From Fimbriosthenelais zetlandica (lineage: Eukaryota): a DNA stretch of 64,000 nt. The stretch lies in assembly GCA_977030845.1 (NCBI GenBank), contig OZ365117.1, positions 3,720,001-3,784,000 on the forward strand. Direction: 5' to 3'. The notes beneath the pieces were generated by a model. It made no database searches, had not been told where the DNA came from, and was given only the letters and a program-made list of their open reading frames with translations. This document shows positions 14,993 to 27,971 of this stretch, one piece after another. Each line of letters begins with the position of its first letter. Position 1 is the stretch's first letter. The position numbers and the translations under genes were made by a program.

Positions 14993-17089
14993 CGAATAAC
15001 AAAAGAACATGGTACCTTGGACAATAAGTTTTGAAAGTCTTGGTAAAGCGAGAAGACAAGCTCCTCAAGGCTTATACTTGAAGAGAGGCAGGGACATTAC
15101 TCAAAGTCTTCAGCAATGGGAGATTTACTGGTGTGCCTCCTTAAAGATAGATGAGGCTTTCCTTCAGGGATTTATGAAGCATTGCAGGTGCAGGTAGCCC
15201 GTTAATTGGGGCCTATCATGTAGCAGGTAACAAATGACCCTCCAAGTCTTTGTAGATAAACCTCGTCCACGAGGCTTATTCTCCACAAATTTCTCCTTGA
15301 CAAAGTGTGATGGGCTTTAGGAAGATCATCAGTATCCACCCCAAAGATCATCAATATCCTATTCCGAAAAATTGGTGTTGAAGAATTAATGCCAGAGAAT
15401 TTATTTGAATTAATAACAAAGAATTTATTTTCAATGTCTATACTTTGTCACACATTCTTATCTGGTACAAAGATGTAACTTGTATGGGATTGGAGAGAGT
15501 AGAATTATCATAATTCCGACTTTTAAATAGAAAATTCAATTTTAAAGAAACTTTCAGAAAGAAAAGCTTCATCAAGTCGCCATCTGACCCAGCCGGTGAC
15601 TCAAGTCGTTGTTGTTCTCCGACCTTTGTCTACTTCCCGAAACCTGAACGATGTTAAGACGATTCCATCTCCATCTCATTTTCAAACGTGAATTTTGTTT
15701 CTTTTAAAGTTAACAAATCTCTCCAATCACTAAAAACAGATTTCCTTTCTTCCATATTTCGGCAACTGGCAAAAAAAATTCTCGGCATTGCACCTACGGG
15801 ATGCACCTCACTCTGCATATAGTCTCATATGACTTCATACCCATGCATGTTGTCCAATTATGTCGAGGGACATCTAAATTGCTGACTTTTTCTGCAAGAA
15901 TTTTAAGGCAATGATCCCTGCTAGGTAAGTGGATGTATCGTAAGACATGCCATTAGCAGGTTGTAGATCTGTCAGAATCATGACACCTCCGTGAATTTCC
16001 GACTTATCATGTGCCATATCCTGTCCAATATTCAGCCCAAAACCCATTTTTCCCTTATCCCTTTTTGGATAATAATACCGTAGAGGATGATCAAATGGAA
16101 AATACGGTTAAGAATAGCGGATTACATGGATTAGTGGTCGTTGTCCTACATGTTGTCCTCTACGTTCAGTGGATTCACAGCATCCCCGGTGCCCTGTGTT
16201 TTCTCATATTACCTGTTCTTCTGTGATCGCGTTTGTTCTCCTGAGAGCCTTGTCTCACGAAATATTTGCCCCACACAGTTTGCTCTGCCGTGAGTTTGGG
16301 GAAGTCTCGTGTGGTAACGTGAGAAATCCATGGGAGGAACCAGGAGTGTCTGTGTTGATTCTGAAAGCCTCCTCCCACCCGCCTCCAAACAGCATCGCTC
16401 TCTTTTCAGCTCCAAGATTTTCCGTAAGAAATTGGGTTCAGGTCCAGCTGCCACTTATCTATTGTAGGTCGTGATACCGGTGTGTAGGTGCAGGGAAATG
16501 GGGGTCAGAGTGGACTGGTTAACCCTTTCTAAGGGCCCGGAAGGAGGGCAAAAGGGCAGTAAGGGCCTTGGGATGGGCCCATTATACTGGCCCATGTTAC
16601 AGGGAAGCACTAACCTTGGGGTGGTGGTGGATTGGTGGTAGGCATGTTAGCATACATGCAAACATCCATAGATTGATGTAGGATGATGTATTAATGGAGG
16701 CAGGCCTGCGTCTGTTTTATTATACACATTATCTATTGTTAAAACTCACTGTCCACTCTCCCGATTTTGGGGCCGATTTCATAACCTGATGCACATCATT
16801 GGTCTTGAAAATGGGCTCCAAATTGTGTGTGATGTGCAAAGTTTTGATTTTTTTTTTACTGATTGAAATTGATATCCTCATGGCAGATGACTGATTCTTA
16901 CTCTTTATTCTTGCAGGTGAGTCCCAGTGAATTTTAAAGTCTAAAGGTAGGCCCTGTGAGATAGGCCTATATATAATGTAAGTATGAGAATTGTAATCTC
17001 TCGCTGAACTGTTCGTTCAGAAATCTATGGCTTACTTTCCTTAAATTCCTCTTCCTTCATGTTGGGGGAGGTTGCTAGCTGCTTAGAAA

Positions 17090-17265
17090 CAAGAAACTCT
17101 CATTTTCAATTGTCAATAATACCAATAATTTGCTTGGTTTCCATGACAACAGGTAATCAATGAGCATGTTGTGCCACCCTGTGAAACACAACGCCCATAT
17201 GTGACGTCATCGTCATCCCGCCCTAACGTCATTATCGTCGCTCTCAGCGTCCCTCCGCTCAGTTA
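17090..17265 (+). promoter_or_regulatory. Candidate promoter: RFX X-box-like sites, CRE, GC box, Inr
   Basis: gtttccatgacaac (~17137), TGACGTCA (~17203), cccgccc (~17217) and TCAGTT (17259-17264), immediately upstream of an ATG exon candidate. Confidence 0.4.
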
Positions 17266-17304
17266 GAAATATAGTTATTTCTTACAAGAGTGGAAATGTG
17301 ATTC

Positions 17305-17350
17305 ATGAAAATGAATAATTTAGTAAATTCAGCCATCTTATTGAACCAGG
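17305..17350 (+). CDS. Candidate signal-peptide exon 1 of the Ly6/LYPD1-like gene (MKMNNLVNSAILLNQ-G)
   Basis: ATG at 17305 and donor CAGG|GTAACG in phase 1, matching the exon 2 acceptor phase. Joined reading MKMNNLVNSAILLNQGMG-LKCYTC. The hydrophobic core is short, so the assignment is tentative. Confidence 0.3.
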
Positions 17351-17479
17351 GTAACGGATTGCCTGTAGTTAATGAATAAATCCAATTCATATGCCGAAGA
17401 AAGAAGATGCCGGAAGCACCTCGTTGGGAATATTCTTGAACAATTTTTCACTGTAATGTCCTTTTTCCTACCCGACAAT

Positions 17480-17760
17480 TGCCTACAGTCTCTACCGATG
17501 ATCATTTAAACTTGGAATCAGACTTTGCTTTGGCTGAGGCCACATTTTCTTGAGATAATTGAATACTTTTAAAGCAAGTGTCTTGGGATCGATCTGAGGA
17601 AGGTAGAGTCGGGGGTATTTTGGTCGGATCTTGGTTGTGGTCGTAACCCAAAAAGCAGATGGATGGGGTTGCAGCAGTTCTCTTGGTCTTTTTCAACTGA
17701 TGGGGTTTCGGTTTTCCGAGTCTTCTGCATTAGAAACGCATTTCTGTCACAATAGTTCTC
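17480..17760 (-). mobile_element. Decayed Gypsy-type LTR retrotransposon, integrase C-terminal region
   Basis: Frameshifted translation NPIHLLFGLRPQP and QLSQENVASAKAKSDSKFK resembles the SPxxLLFGRxPR motif and the following AQxKxKxxYD coiled region. Confidence 0.4.
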
Positions 17761-18667
17761 TGACAAAATGGTCTTGAGCATTCCTTATGCCATTGTCAAG
17801 GTGTCTAATAGTCTGGTGTCTAATTATCCGATAACCACTTAGGATATGGTGCCATAGAAATGTTTATACTGCCATTAGTCAGTAACCAATATCAAGATAT
17901 ATTATGAAACTCATAGAATCGTCTAAATGAGAACCATGAGTGCAGCCTGCAGCTGATTGAATGCCTGCCAATGATGGAGCATTAGAGTAATGACACTTGT
18001 TGCTAATGGATCCAGAAGAAGTGGAAATGACAGCGGCTTTTATATGTTGTGTATGCCACAGAAAACAATCAAATCATGGGAAAAATACTTTACATTTTAT
18101 CATCTGAAACAACTGTCGTGGATGGGCCATTTTCTGATTGGTATCCATTTGACATATTGGATTATTTGTGGCGTCATCTCTGAACACCTCTTGTAGATAT
18201 ATACATCTACTCCATTAAGTTTATCACATCCATTTTCCTGCCTCATTCAGATATTCATATGGATTCTAATCCCATCTATTTTCTCTTGGACTTATTTTCT
18301 CTTTGCTATATCGATGACTTTTATTGTCGTTTTATGAAAACCATTTATATTTTGCTTCGCTCGCAACCCCGCTGACCCAATTTCCTGCTTGTGAAATATG
18401 TCTTTTCATTATGGTGTAGTAATAATTTATGGCTGTATCGCCACCATCTCTGTGCAATCCTACTACAGTTCATTTTTACCAGGGCCTACTAAGGCGATAA
18501 GCGAACACTACAGAATTTCGCGATATATAAAATGTTTATTTAATTAATGTTATCACTTTTGGAACTGATCTAAATGCTATCAGGTGATAACCCTCTTCAC
18601 CAAGGATGATAATTATATGATTGAAGTTGTCTCGCTTCAGTTATGGGCTCAGTGGAGTCCTGACTTA

Positions 18668-18877
18668 AGCCTAGAATACACTAATCCGTTTCTCTATCCG
18701 GCGCCATCCGATAGCTGTCCGAAACTATATTTCTATTCACACCAAATGCTTGTAATTTGAAACATCCTAGGTAGGGCTTAGGGCTAACCACTGACAAAAT
18801 TTCAATCATTAGATGTCATTAGAAATAGAGTATCGGATGGCGACGGATTGGAGAATCGGATTAGTGTGTTCCCGGCT
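18668..18877. mobile_element. MITE family B, copy 1 (210 bp), PIF/Harbinger-like
   Basis: TIRs AGCC..GAATACACTAATCCG / CGGATTAGTGTGTTCCCGGCT flanked by a TTA direct repeat. Second copy at 60520-60729. Confidence 0.85.
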
Positions 18878-19733
18878 TTACATGTATAGAGAGAGAATTA
18901 ATGAGGAACAATGTCGGCGTGTGAATGATGTATGAAGGCTAATCATACTAACACTTTGATGGACGACGTCAGACTAAAATCATAGCCCACGGTGATTAAT
19001 ACAATTCATTAGGTAATTAAGGCCTTGATACATTAGGCGGGAACTTGATGGGCAGCTGCTAGTATGATGTACATCAATGATTAAAGGGATACCAAACACT
19101 AGATACAAAGTTAATATCCTGTAGTTCTGACCTTAGATTTTACTACAAATTATAGCTGGCTGATGTCTCAGTGTTTGGCATCCCTTTAATAAATGGCCAT
19201 TGCCACACTCATATTCTGTTCATACTATTTGTTTCGACGTCTTAAATATTTAAACCAAGCACCAAGATTCCGCAACAACAATTTACTTGAACGTTACTTG
19301 GAAATTTACCCTATTGCGGGACACTTTAAATTCCCTCGAAATGCATGTGGGTTTCAGGAAAATATTTCAGTATTTTCCACTGTTTTTAAGAACCCAAAAT
19401 CATTTCTGCTGGTGGTGGAGCGTTTGGTTAACACTAGCCCTTTGTAGCGTCACACTGTTCTTTTGATCAGCTTGGATGAAAGCTGATACCTTGATCAAAA
19501 AACCGAGATCTATCCTTCCCATGATGCATTAGCTAGAGGGACCTGATACCCACCGCCTTATGTCCTCCCCTCCTGGTCACCTGTCCTGCCATAACGCTGA
19601 TGTATGGAACCAGTGTAAAACCATGGTAACAACTGCTTATCATGTTGCCTTAGAAACGGCAGTAATGATCCATGAAGAAGACATGTAGGCCTTTCATGCC
19701 GTATTCACATGCACTGGTATAAATGTATGCTTA

Positions 19734-19944
19734 AGCCGGGACTCCACTGCTGCTATTTTGCTTGCGACACGTCTGCGACAAAGGTGATGCTTGTGTTTCA
19801 ATGATAAATTTACCATTGGAGGACGGCCTTAAGGCCTTGGACACTTGAACCACAATTTATAAATTTTATTCTTACACAACTTCACAAGCATCACCTTTGT
19901 CGCAGTAGTGTCGCAAGCACTGTCGCAGCAGTGGAGTCCCGGCT
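19734..19944. mobile_element. MITE family A, copy 2 (211 bp, inverted relative to copy 1)
   Basis: Same TIRs and internal sequence as 3729-3939. Confidence 0.9.
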
Positions 19945-20174
19945 TACTCTATGCTGGAAGCTTTGTTTTTTCTACTCAGACACAACAACATGATGCTAGG
20001 TTATGATAGATAAGTCAGATATATAGCCCGAGGCTGGCACCTGTACTATATTTACTGAGCTTTAAAACATTCACTGCAGCTATCTATCTCCTGCTCCATC
20101 TTTTTCGTCTTTTCGTGTTAACATTAACTGATGCAGATCATATTTTTATGTCTGTGCACATTCACAACAAGCAC

Positions 20175-20335
20175 ATTAGTACACTACTAGCTCGTTTTCA
20201 TGCACTATACTAGGTTCAATATTTCCCCGTAGTGAACGCACCAGAAGTCGCTCCAGACTGATGATGGTGCACTGTAGTCGTTTTACCAGGGTTTGAACCC
20301 TCTCCTCCTGTGCCAGAAGCAGGCACGTTACCACT
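20175..20335 (-). mobile_element. tRNA-derived SINE body; its head is displaced to 22119 by the rearrangement
   Basis: Reverse complement AGTGGTAACGTGCC...GGGTTCAAACCC carries the end of an A box and a B box. Homologous to 21894-22051. Confidence 0.7.
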
Positions 20336-20466
20336 TACGCCATAGTGACCGACACTGAATCCGGTATCGTTCACTATTGCTGATAAAGCCACAAGGCCGC
20401 AGGCCGCGTGGCTTCGTCAGCAATAGTGAACGATACCGGATTCAGTGGAGGTCACTATTGCGTTTA
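20336..20466. mobile_element. 131-bp foldback MITE, also at 22832-22962 and partial at 22052-22116
   Basis: Arms gtgacc..cactgaatccggtatcgttcactattgctga / tcagcaatagtgaacgataccggattcagtg..ggtcac. Confidence 0.8.
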
Positions 20467-21050
20467 GTACACGTCACACATTAGAATAGACAAGACTGAT
20501 AAGTATTTTAACTTGTAATGAGTTAGAACTGATGACTTGTGACTATATTTGTCCCCTCTACACATTCGTAGCCACTCATCCACCTTTCCGCCTGCTTCAC
20601 CCAACATACACACACTCATAGACCCCTGTGTCATACCAGAGACTTATATGGTCTCTGGTCATACACACACATCCTCCAGGGTCAGCACTGCGAAGGTCAA
20701 AAGGAGGTCAGTGCATGTCTTTTGGAAGAGTTTCTCCCATGTTGCCTGATTCGAGCTAGGTCATTTATTGAGGTCACTGCAGCCTAGTTAGCGTTGACTT
20801 CCATGAGACAGCTGGGTCACTGTTATTGTCTTCCTTCATTTTTACATAGATTGGTTATAACTTATTGGGTCACTATTGTTAATTTGTATTCCAAGGATTC
20901 ATTCCATGCAATCATTTCATGACTTCAATGGGATTTGATTCCCTGTTTGTGGGATACATCTACATTAGAATTGTTTCGTTTCTTTATTTATCTCATTTAT
21001 CCAGGAGGAACAACCAATTCTTACTAGAGTAATAAGGAGAGCCTGAAATA
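20336..21050. repeat. 715-bp segment duplicated in inverted orientation at 22248-22962
   Basis: Near-identical reverse complement; I found one substitution. It also explains the twin ORFs 20549-20749 and 22549-22749. Confidence 0.95.
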
Positions 21051-21879
21051 ATCAGGCATAACATGTCATTCCCATTACAGCACCAACTCAATGGTGCACC
21101 CCACATATAGACGAGAGCTTCTCCCTATCACCAGACTCACCCCACCTCCCCTCCTCCCTACCCCTCCTTCTCTGGATGAGTGGAAAGTAATAGTGCACGC
21201 TCTTTATACACATTGGACTTATGTTCTTCGACTCCTCTTCTATGCCAATTTCTACTTTCACCGAAATATTACCCTACATTTGGAAGTGAAAATGATACAA
21301 CTAACTTTGATTACATAACCTTATACTTTAGGGTTTTCTCCTTGCAATATGTACAGTAGGAGGTTATAATAATGCACTCGCATTACAACCCTATAGGGTC
21401 AGTGGAGGAAGGATGAGGTATATCTGGGGTAAGAGAGTCAGTTGAAGGGTGGAGAAGGTTGGTGGTAGGTGGGTGGGCGTATAGGGGTCGTGCATTACGT
21501 CTCATGAGTAGGCAAGTAGTGAACTCCTTCACTCTACGACATATTTACACCATCCCACAGCCCCCTCAGTGCCATAATGTAGACTATAATGGTGACATAA
21601 GACATATATCCCATCCCACCATCGATGTGTGCATGACACAGAATGATTATAAAAAAGAAACTCAATGAGTAATTCTCCTTTTGATGAGTTACAAGTGATG
21701 GATTTACACCTCACTATAGGATGGTGGGACCAGGAGCAACAGGGGGAGGCTTGGTAGTAGACTGACCACTCGTTGGACTGACCTACTAACCACCCCCATG
21801 TGACTCCTAGGAGGTCGGTACATGAGGTCACTTGGCCACTCTCAAGATAAAACCCTCGTTTCCCACCCTCTATATCAGC

Positions 21880-22051
21880 GATCTCCATAGCTCAGTGGTA
21901 ACGTGCCTGCTTCTGGCACAGGAGGAGAGGTTTCGAACCCTGGTAAAACGACTACAGTGCACCATCAGTCTGGAGCGACTTCGAGAGCGTTCACTACGGG
22001 GAAATAGTGAAGCTAGTATAGTGCATGAAAACGAGCTAGTAGTGTACTAAT
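21880..22051 (+). mobile_element. tRNA-derived SINE
   Basis: A box TAGCTCAGTGG and B box GGTTTCGAACC, followed by a non-tRNA body. The anticodon loop is non-canonical, so this is not a tRNA gene. Confidence 0.75.
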
Positions 22052-22831
22052 TACGCCATAGTGACCGACACTGAATCCGGTATCGTTCACTATTGCTGAC
22101 GAAGCCACGCGGCCGCAATGAGCTATGGAGATCGCTGATATAGAGGGTGGGAAACGAGGGTTTTATCTTGAGAGTGGCCAAGTGACCTCATGTACCGACC
22201 TCCCAGGAGTCACATGGGGGTGGTTAGTAGGTCAGTCCAACGAGTGGTATTTCAGGCTCTCCTTATTACTCTAGTAAGAATTGGTTGTTCCTCCTGGATA
22301 AATGAGATAAATAAAGAAACGAAACAATTCTAATGTAGATGTATCCCACAAACAGGGAATCAAATCCCATTGAAGTCATGAAATGATTGCATGGAATGAA
22401 TCCTTGGAATACAAATTAACAATAGTGACCCAATAAGTTATAACCAATCTATGTAAAAATGAAGGAAGACAATAACAGTGACCCAGCTGTCTCATGGAAG
22501 TCAACGCTAACTAGGCTGCAGTGACCTCAATAAATGACCTAGCTCGAATCAGGCAACATGGGAGAAACTCTTCCAAAAGACATGCACTGACCTCCTTTTG
22601 ACCTTCGCAGTGCTGACCCTGGAGGATGTGTTTGTATGACCAGAGACCATATAAGTCTCTGGTATGACACAGGGGTCTATGAGTGTGTGTATGTTGGGTG
22701 AAGCAGGCGGAAAGGTGGATGAGTGGCTACGAATGTGTAGAGGGGACAAATATAGTCACAAGTCATCAGTTCTAACTCATTACAAGTTAAAATACTTATC
22801 AGTCTTGTCTATTCTAATGTGTGACGTGTAC

Positions 22832-22962
22832 TAAACGCAATAGTGACCTCCACTGAATCCGGTATCGTTCACTATTGCTGACGAAGCCACGCGGCCTGCG
22901 GCCTTGTGGCTTTATCAGCAATAGTGAACGATACCGGATTCAGTGTCGGTCACTATGGCGTA
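22832..22962. mobile_element. Foldback MITE, inverted copy of 20336-20466
   Basis: Reverse complement identity. Confidence 0.8.
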
Positions 22963-25900
22963 ACTAGGGTCGTATTAACACATCCCACAGGCCCACTGAA
23001 TGGCAGTCAAGGAACCTAAATTAGCTAGATAATTACCACTAAGACAATTATGACCCTATATATGTACATAGCCTGCCCACTCCCAACACTACATAAGACA
23101 AATCTTCATGATCCCTAGGCACAATTTCTTGCTAAGCTCTCAGACATAAATTCACACTGACTTTCCCAACCTTCAGGGAAAAACCTTTGCACCATTAATC
23201 ACTTTTTGCCCTTTTTGTATCAATTTCGAAAGATGTAATCGGAAAAAAATAATTCGTAAGGTCTATAGTTAATTTGGTGATGTTTCCTTGGCAGGCCTGG
23301 GAGGGAAGGAGAAGTATTCACCTGTTAATTTCACAGTAGAAGCCGAGAGAATATTTGATTGAATTTACACCTCACAAAGGTCTGCTCCGAGGCGCCACCT
23401 ATGAGTTGATGAAGGGGACTCCTGTCATCATGGCGACCCATTTGCATATTTCACAACTGTCCCCTGAGGCTGAGAGAGCAACAAGGTGTGCGGGGTCAGA
23501 GATATAGACTGGACATAAAAAATGATAAGGAATTATGGCATTTTGTTTGTTTTGCTGATTCAGTGCTTATTCCAGACATTTTTTGATGTGTGTAGCACAG
23601 TCGCTGACGAGTTTCAGTAACTTCTGGATGCTCTAGGTCAGGCACTAGGGTCTTACCATTTGATGTTGCCTCAGGTCTTTCATATAGGTGTAAGACTGCA
23701 AAAGTGACCCCAAAACTTTCCTAAAATAGACTTCGCGGTTAAATACTATGTTGACTATGTTGTCACATCCATCTTTCACCATGAAGATCATCTAAGTTGC
23801 TGTAAAATCATGGACTCATATCGGTTATGGATAAGTTGGCAATATGAAATAAAAGCATTGGTTGTCCCTATTTCTGCTACTATAATATCCTGGCTGCTAA
23901 AATAATTAGCCTTCATGGTTTTGCTTAAGTTGTTACAGAGACCCTATATGAGGTCTCTGGTTGTTAGTATGGAAAAAAGGCATTGGTCTTCCCTGTTTGT
24001 GCTGTATGTTATTCTGGCAGTATGAGTGTGGGTGGGATGGTCGGGTGTGGGGATGGGCTTGTAACACCCTGTAGTATATAGCATGTAGGAGTGTGCGGGA
24101 CATGTAGAGATGAATTGATACCAACATTCCACTACAAACAGGCTTCATTATTGACTAGGTTCACCTGTCAGGGCTGTGCGTCTCATATTACACTCTCACC
24201 GTAATTCGCTTTGGGATCAGGTTCCCTTTACATGGCAGGCTCATATTACTGTCATCCCCACAGTGGTGTCCACCAAAGCAATCAATTCATTATCAACCAC
24301 CTCTCTCCACATTTTCCTTCGTCTTTATTTTGAATATTTTAAATAATTAGGGTTTGTATAACACCAAAACTCTATACTTGAGACAGTTTCAATTTTGTAG
24401 TGGCTTTTTATTGGTCCAGTTCGCTGCCTTCTTCAGGGACTAGCTCTTTTTTTTCTTCTGAAGAATAGACTATGATGATGTAGACCATTACAGTGTGTAC
24501 CGGTATTTCTTAAAGTTAGGGCCATCACGGATATGGGCCTGCAGACAGATTTGACAGAGACACCCAAATGAATTTGGTCATCCAATTCTGTGCGGATGCA
24601 TCAAATTGTTTTGCTTCCTCTCCCAAACGGTAGAGGTGCAGTTACAAATGGATGTTGGTCAGATAGAAATTCCTTCTGTGGCTGTGCTTAATCTGCATAT
24701 CTGCAAGCCTAAATATACATCTTGATATGTCCCGAGATTTACTTCTCTTTGCGTTTACATATTATCCATCTGAGCTTGTATGTCACAAGATTGTCTCTGC
24801 TCTTCACAACTGTACCAGATATCTCCAGCAATATGGATCACCATTGTCACAAAGTTCAAAGGTCAATACTTGCCCTCCAGACAAATTAAGACAAATTAAG
24901 GCAATTACGACTGCCTGCTTTCTTTTGAAGCTGTGGCCTGGTCTAAAGGAACAAGAGTGGGGATCTTCTGGAGGCAGGCACTCCGGACCCCACGTGATCA
25001 ATGTACTTCTACACGAGTAAAATGCCGCCTCACTCAAGGCGTCTTCTAGTTGAAAAAAAAACATATTGTTGATCAATTTATTGACACTTCCTTCAAGATA
25101 AAAACCAGGTCTGGGAATCTTCAAAGGAGGAAGGAATGGTGTAGAAAAGTGGGTTGGTGCTTATGGTGGAAGTACTTAGAAAAACAAGTTGATTTTGTTC
25201 GGGAGAATCGTGCCACGGCATAGTGATCTCCAGCTTATTAGGTATAGGACACCTTGGGAAAAATCTTCTTATTGATTTAGTCAGTTCTTAAATTCCCAAG
25301 CAATTTATACCAATAAGACATTAAGATCAAATATCTGTTGAATGCTAACTGAAATTCATTGTTAAATAAAGTAAAAATCACTGAGGTAATCTCAGTAAGC
25401 GCAAAAAAAAATAATCCAAAAAACTATAGGACAAGATAATGACAAAGTTTGTTGCATGTCTGGCTTTGAAAAGTGAGAAGCGTCTGTAGACCATTGTGAA
25501 GTAGCTTGATAATTCCCTACAGGATCCTGCTCACCAATCAATGCTCAGATCAATTTTCAACGAGCTGAGAACTGTGAGGAAGCTTTACAGTGGTATTGGT
25601 TTGTCCAATCAGTAAGACGCTGAACCATCCCGCTCAGTCGCTCCTACACAATCCTTTATTGACAGGTCGTGGATCTTCCTCACTGACAAGAAATACTAAG
25701 ATAAAACTATCAATTAGTGTCACTCCCGTGAAGGACAGATAATTCCGATGACTATATAATGGTGATTTATATATCGATGATTACATATTAAGTGGGAAAA
25801 CATCACTCAAGTTTAAAAATAATTTCTAAAGCGATATATTTATAATGATTATATAACGAACAAGGAAAGATAAACACTCGTTTTTTTCCGGTATTGATTG

Positions 25901-27403
25901 GTTTTATATGGTAAATATAGTATTTAAGGTCCTACTGCAGACTGATTTTCTGGAGTATTGATTTTTTGTAGTTTTAATTATATGACAGTCATGTGTGAGT
26001 AGGGCAGGCAGTGACAGTAAGAGACCCAGGGGGTGACCAAGAGCCCTCGTCTGAGAGGTGGAGTGACAGAGTGAGGGACTATGGTTGTCAGGGAAGTGGG
26101 AGCCTGGCCTTGACATGACCGCTGTGTGTGACAATGCTTGTCTGCAGCCAAGACACAGTCACGAATCACTTTAAGCTTTCCAGCAGGAAGCTTTTTTCTA
26201 TATTTCTCTTCCCTCCTAACATAGCATGCAGCGTGATTTTCTGGTTGTTACAATACTAGAGAAGGATGTACTGTTAAATATGTATGAGCCCGAGGTGCAT
26301 ATGACCACCATCAGTTGCAACAGTGGCAATAATTGCCTACAAGAACCATTGCAATGATGAGTGCCTTGCCTTTCGCAAGGGTACTATTCAAAGAAATATC
26401 AATATGACCTCTGAAGTTTCACTATCAAGGATGTCTGTGGTGGCCCTTCAGTTACATTTTCAATGTCTCATGAGGAAGCCCTAGCAATTTTAACATGCAA
26501 ATTTTATTTTTATGATGAAATTGCAAATAGTTGGGATGTTTGTCTTCCAAATTCTCCAGGGTCCATGAATGAGTCGCAGGTGGCAGGGAAGAGGTCAAGT
26601 ACAGGAGGAACCAATGTCCATGGACATTCTACTTCATGTGGCAATATCTGGTAAAGGTCAAACTACTGACTGCACCATCATTAGCTTAGACCTACAGGCC
26701 GCTTGGTATAGGCAGAAAATGTCAGCTTTTAAAATGCAAAACCGGAGGATAAGGATTGAAATGGAGTAGTACATCAGATGTTTCCCACCCACCATCTCCT
26801 GCGAGTACCCGAAAGTAACAGAAACGCTCCCCCTGACATTAGTGACGTCATCAGTTAGTGGGTACCTTGGGGGACGTCAGTGTTAATTGGGGGTCACACG
26901 GTAAAAGATAGAATCAAACTGTCCACTTACTTCCTTATATTGCCATCACGGATGACAGGAAAATTAGGCCTTTTCCATGCTGACATACAGCCTCGGATCC
27001 AGGTCAAATGCAAAATGATGTGCCCATTCCTACCCACATTTAATTCTCTATAGTGTTTCTCCTTTTGTTTCTTATGGAAAAATACAGACCTAACTGGCGA
27101 TATTGTTACTCTTGTAAGGAAAGGCCTGAAACATTTTTATTGATACAAATTATTATGACAAGAATGGTTCTTGTTTGTCTTACTCAAGTGGATATCTGAA
27201 ATGACTGCCAATGAACTCTACTTACGATACCAGATTGTCACCTGACCCCCATTGCAGAAATTTAAGATTCCAGAACCGACAGCCATTCTGAAATGCATCT
27301 CATGACTATACGATTCTTAGATTAAGATGCCCTTAAGACATAACTTCTGCAATAAAACTAATATGGCCCTAAGATAGAACTGCTACAATGGCCCTTGTAT
27401 GGC

Positions 27404-27830
27404 AGCCAATATTGATTTGTTGATTTTGATTTTTCAGGTATGGGGTTGAAGTGTTACACCTGAAATCTCCAAAACATTTTTATTGATACAAATTCTCATA
27501 ACAAGAATGGTACTTAATTGTTTGTCTTCTGACTCAAGTTGATAACTGTAATATGTACGATTGCCAATGAACTCTCCTTACAATGAGAGCCGATATTGAT
27601 TTGTTGATTTTGATTTTTCAGGTATGGGGTTGAAGTGTTACACCTGAAATCTCCAAAACATTTTTATTGATACAAATTCTCATAACAAGAATGGTACTTA
27701 ATTGTTTGTCTTCTGACTCAAGTTGATAACTGTAATATGTACGATTGCCAATGAACTCTCCTTACAATGAGAGCCGAAATTGATTTGTTGATTTTGATTT
27801 TTCAGGTATGGGGTTGAAGTGTTACACCTG
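27404..27830 (+). repeat. 184-bp tandem repeat spanning the intron/exon-2 boundary (three acceptor copies)
   Basis: TTTTCAG|GTATGGGGTTGAAGTGTTACACCTG with the AG at 27436, 27620 and 27804. A degenerate related segment lies at about 27126-27230. Confidence 0.95.
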
Positions 27831-27943
27831 TACGTCTGACACTAATGAGGAGTGTAGTCGTGAGGAGGACGTCACTGACTGTGATCTCAGCAGCACACCA
27901 ACAACGAAGTATGACACATGTCAGACAAAACTAACCAAATCAC
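27806..27943 (+). CDS. Ly6/uPAR three-finger protein, LYPD1-like, exon 2
   Basis: Acceptor ttttcag| and donor |gtgagt, both phase 1. Encodes GMGLKCYTCTSDTNEECSREEDVTDCDLSSTPTTKYDTCQTKLTKS, with the LxCYxC start of an LU domain. Confidence 0.9.
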
Positions 27944-27971
27944 GTGAGTACCTCCACTCTATAATCAGACG

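Noticed and set aside
21880-21955. tRNA gene
   Set aside because: A and B boxes are present, but there is no canonical anticodon loop or acceptor stem, and it continues into a body repeated at 20175-20335. It is a SINE.
27404-27830. CRISPR-like array (also considered for 33654-33960 and 56296-56797)
   Set aside because: The units are contiguous with no unique spacers, the context is eukaryotic, and there are no cas genes.
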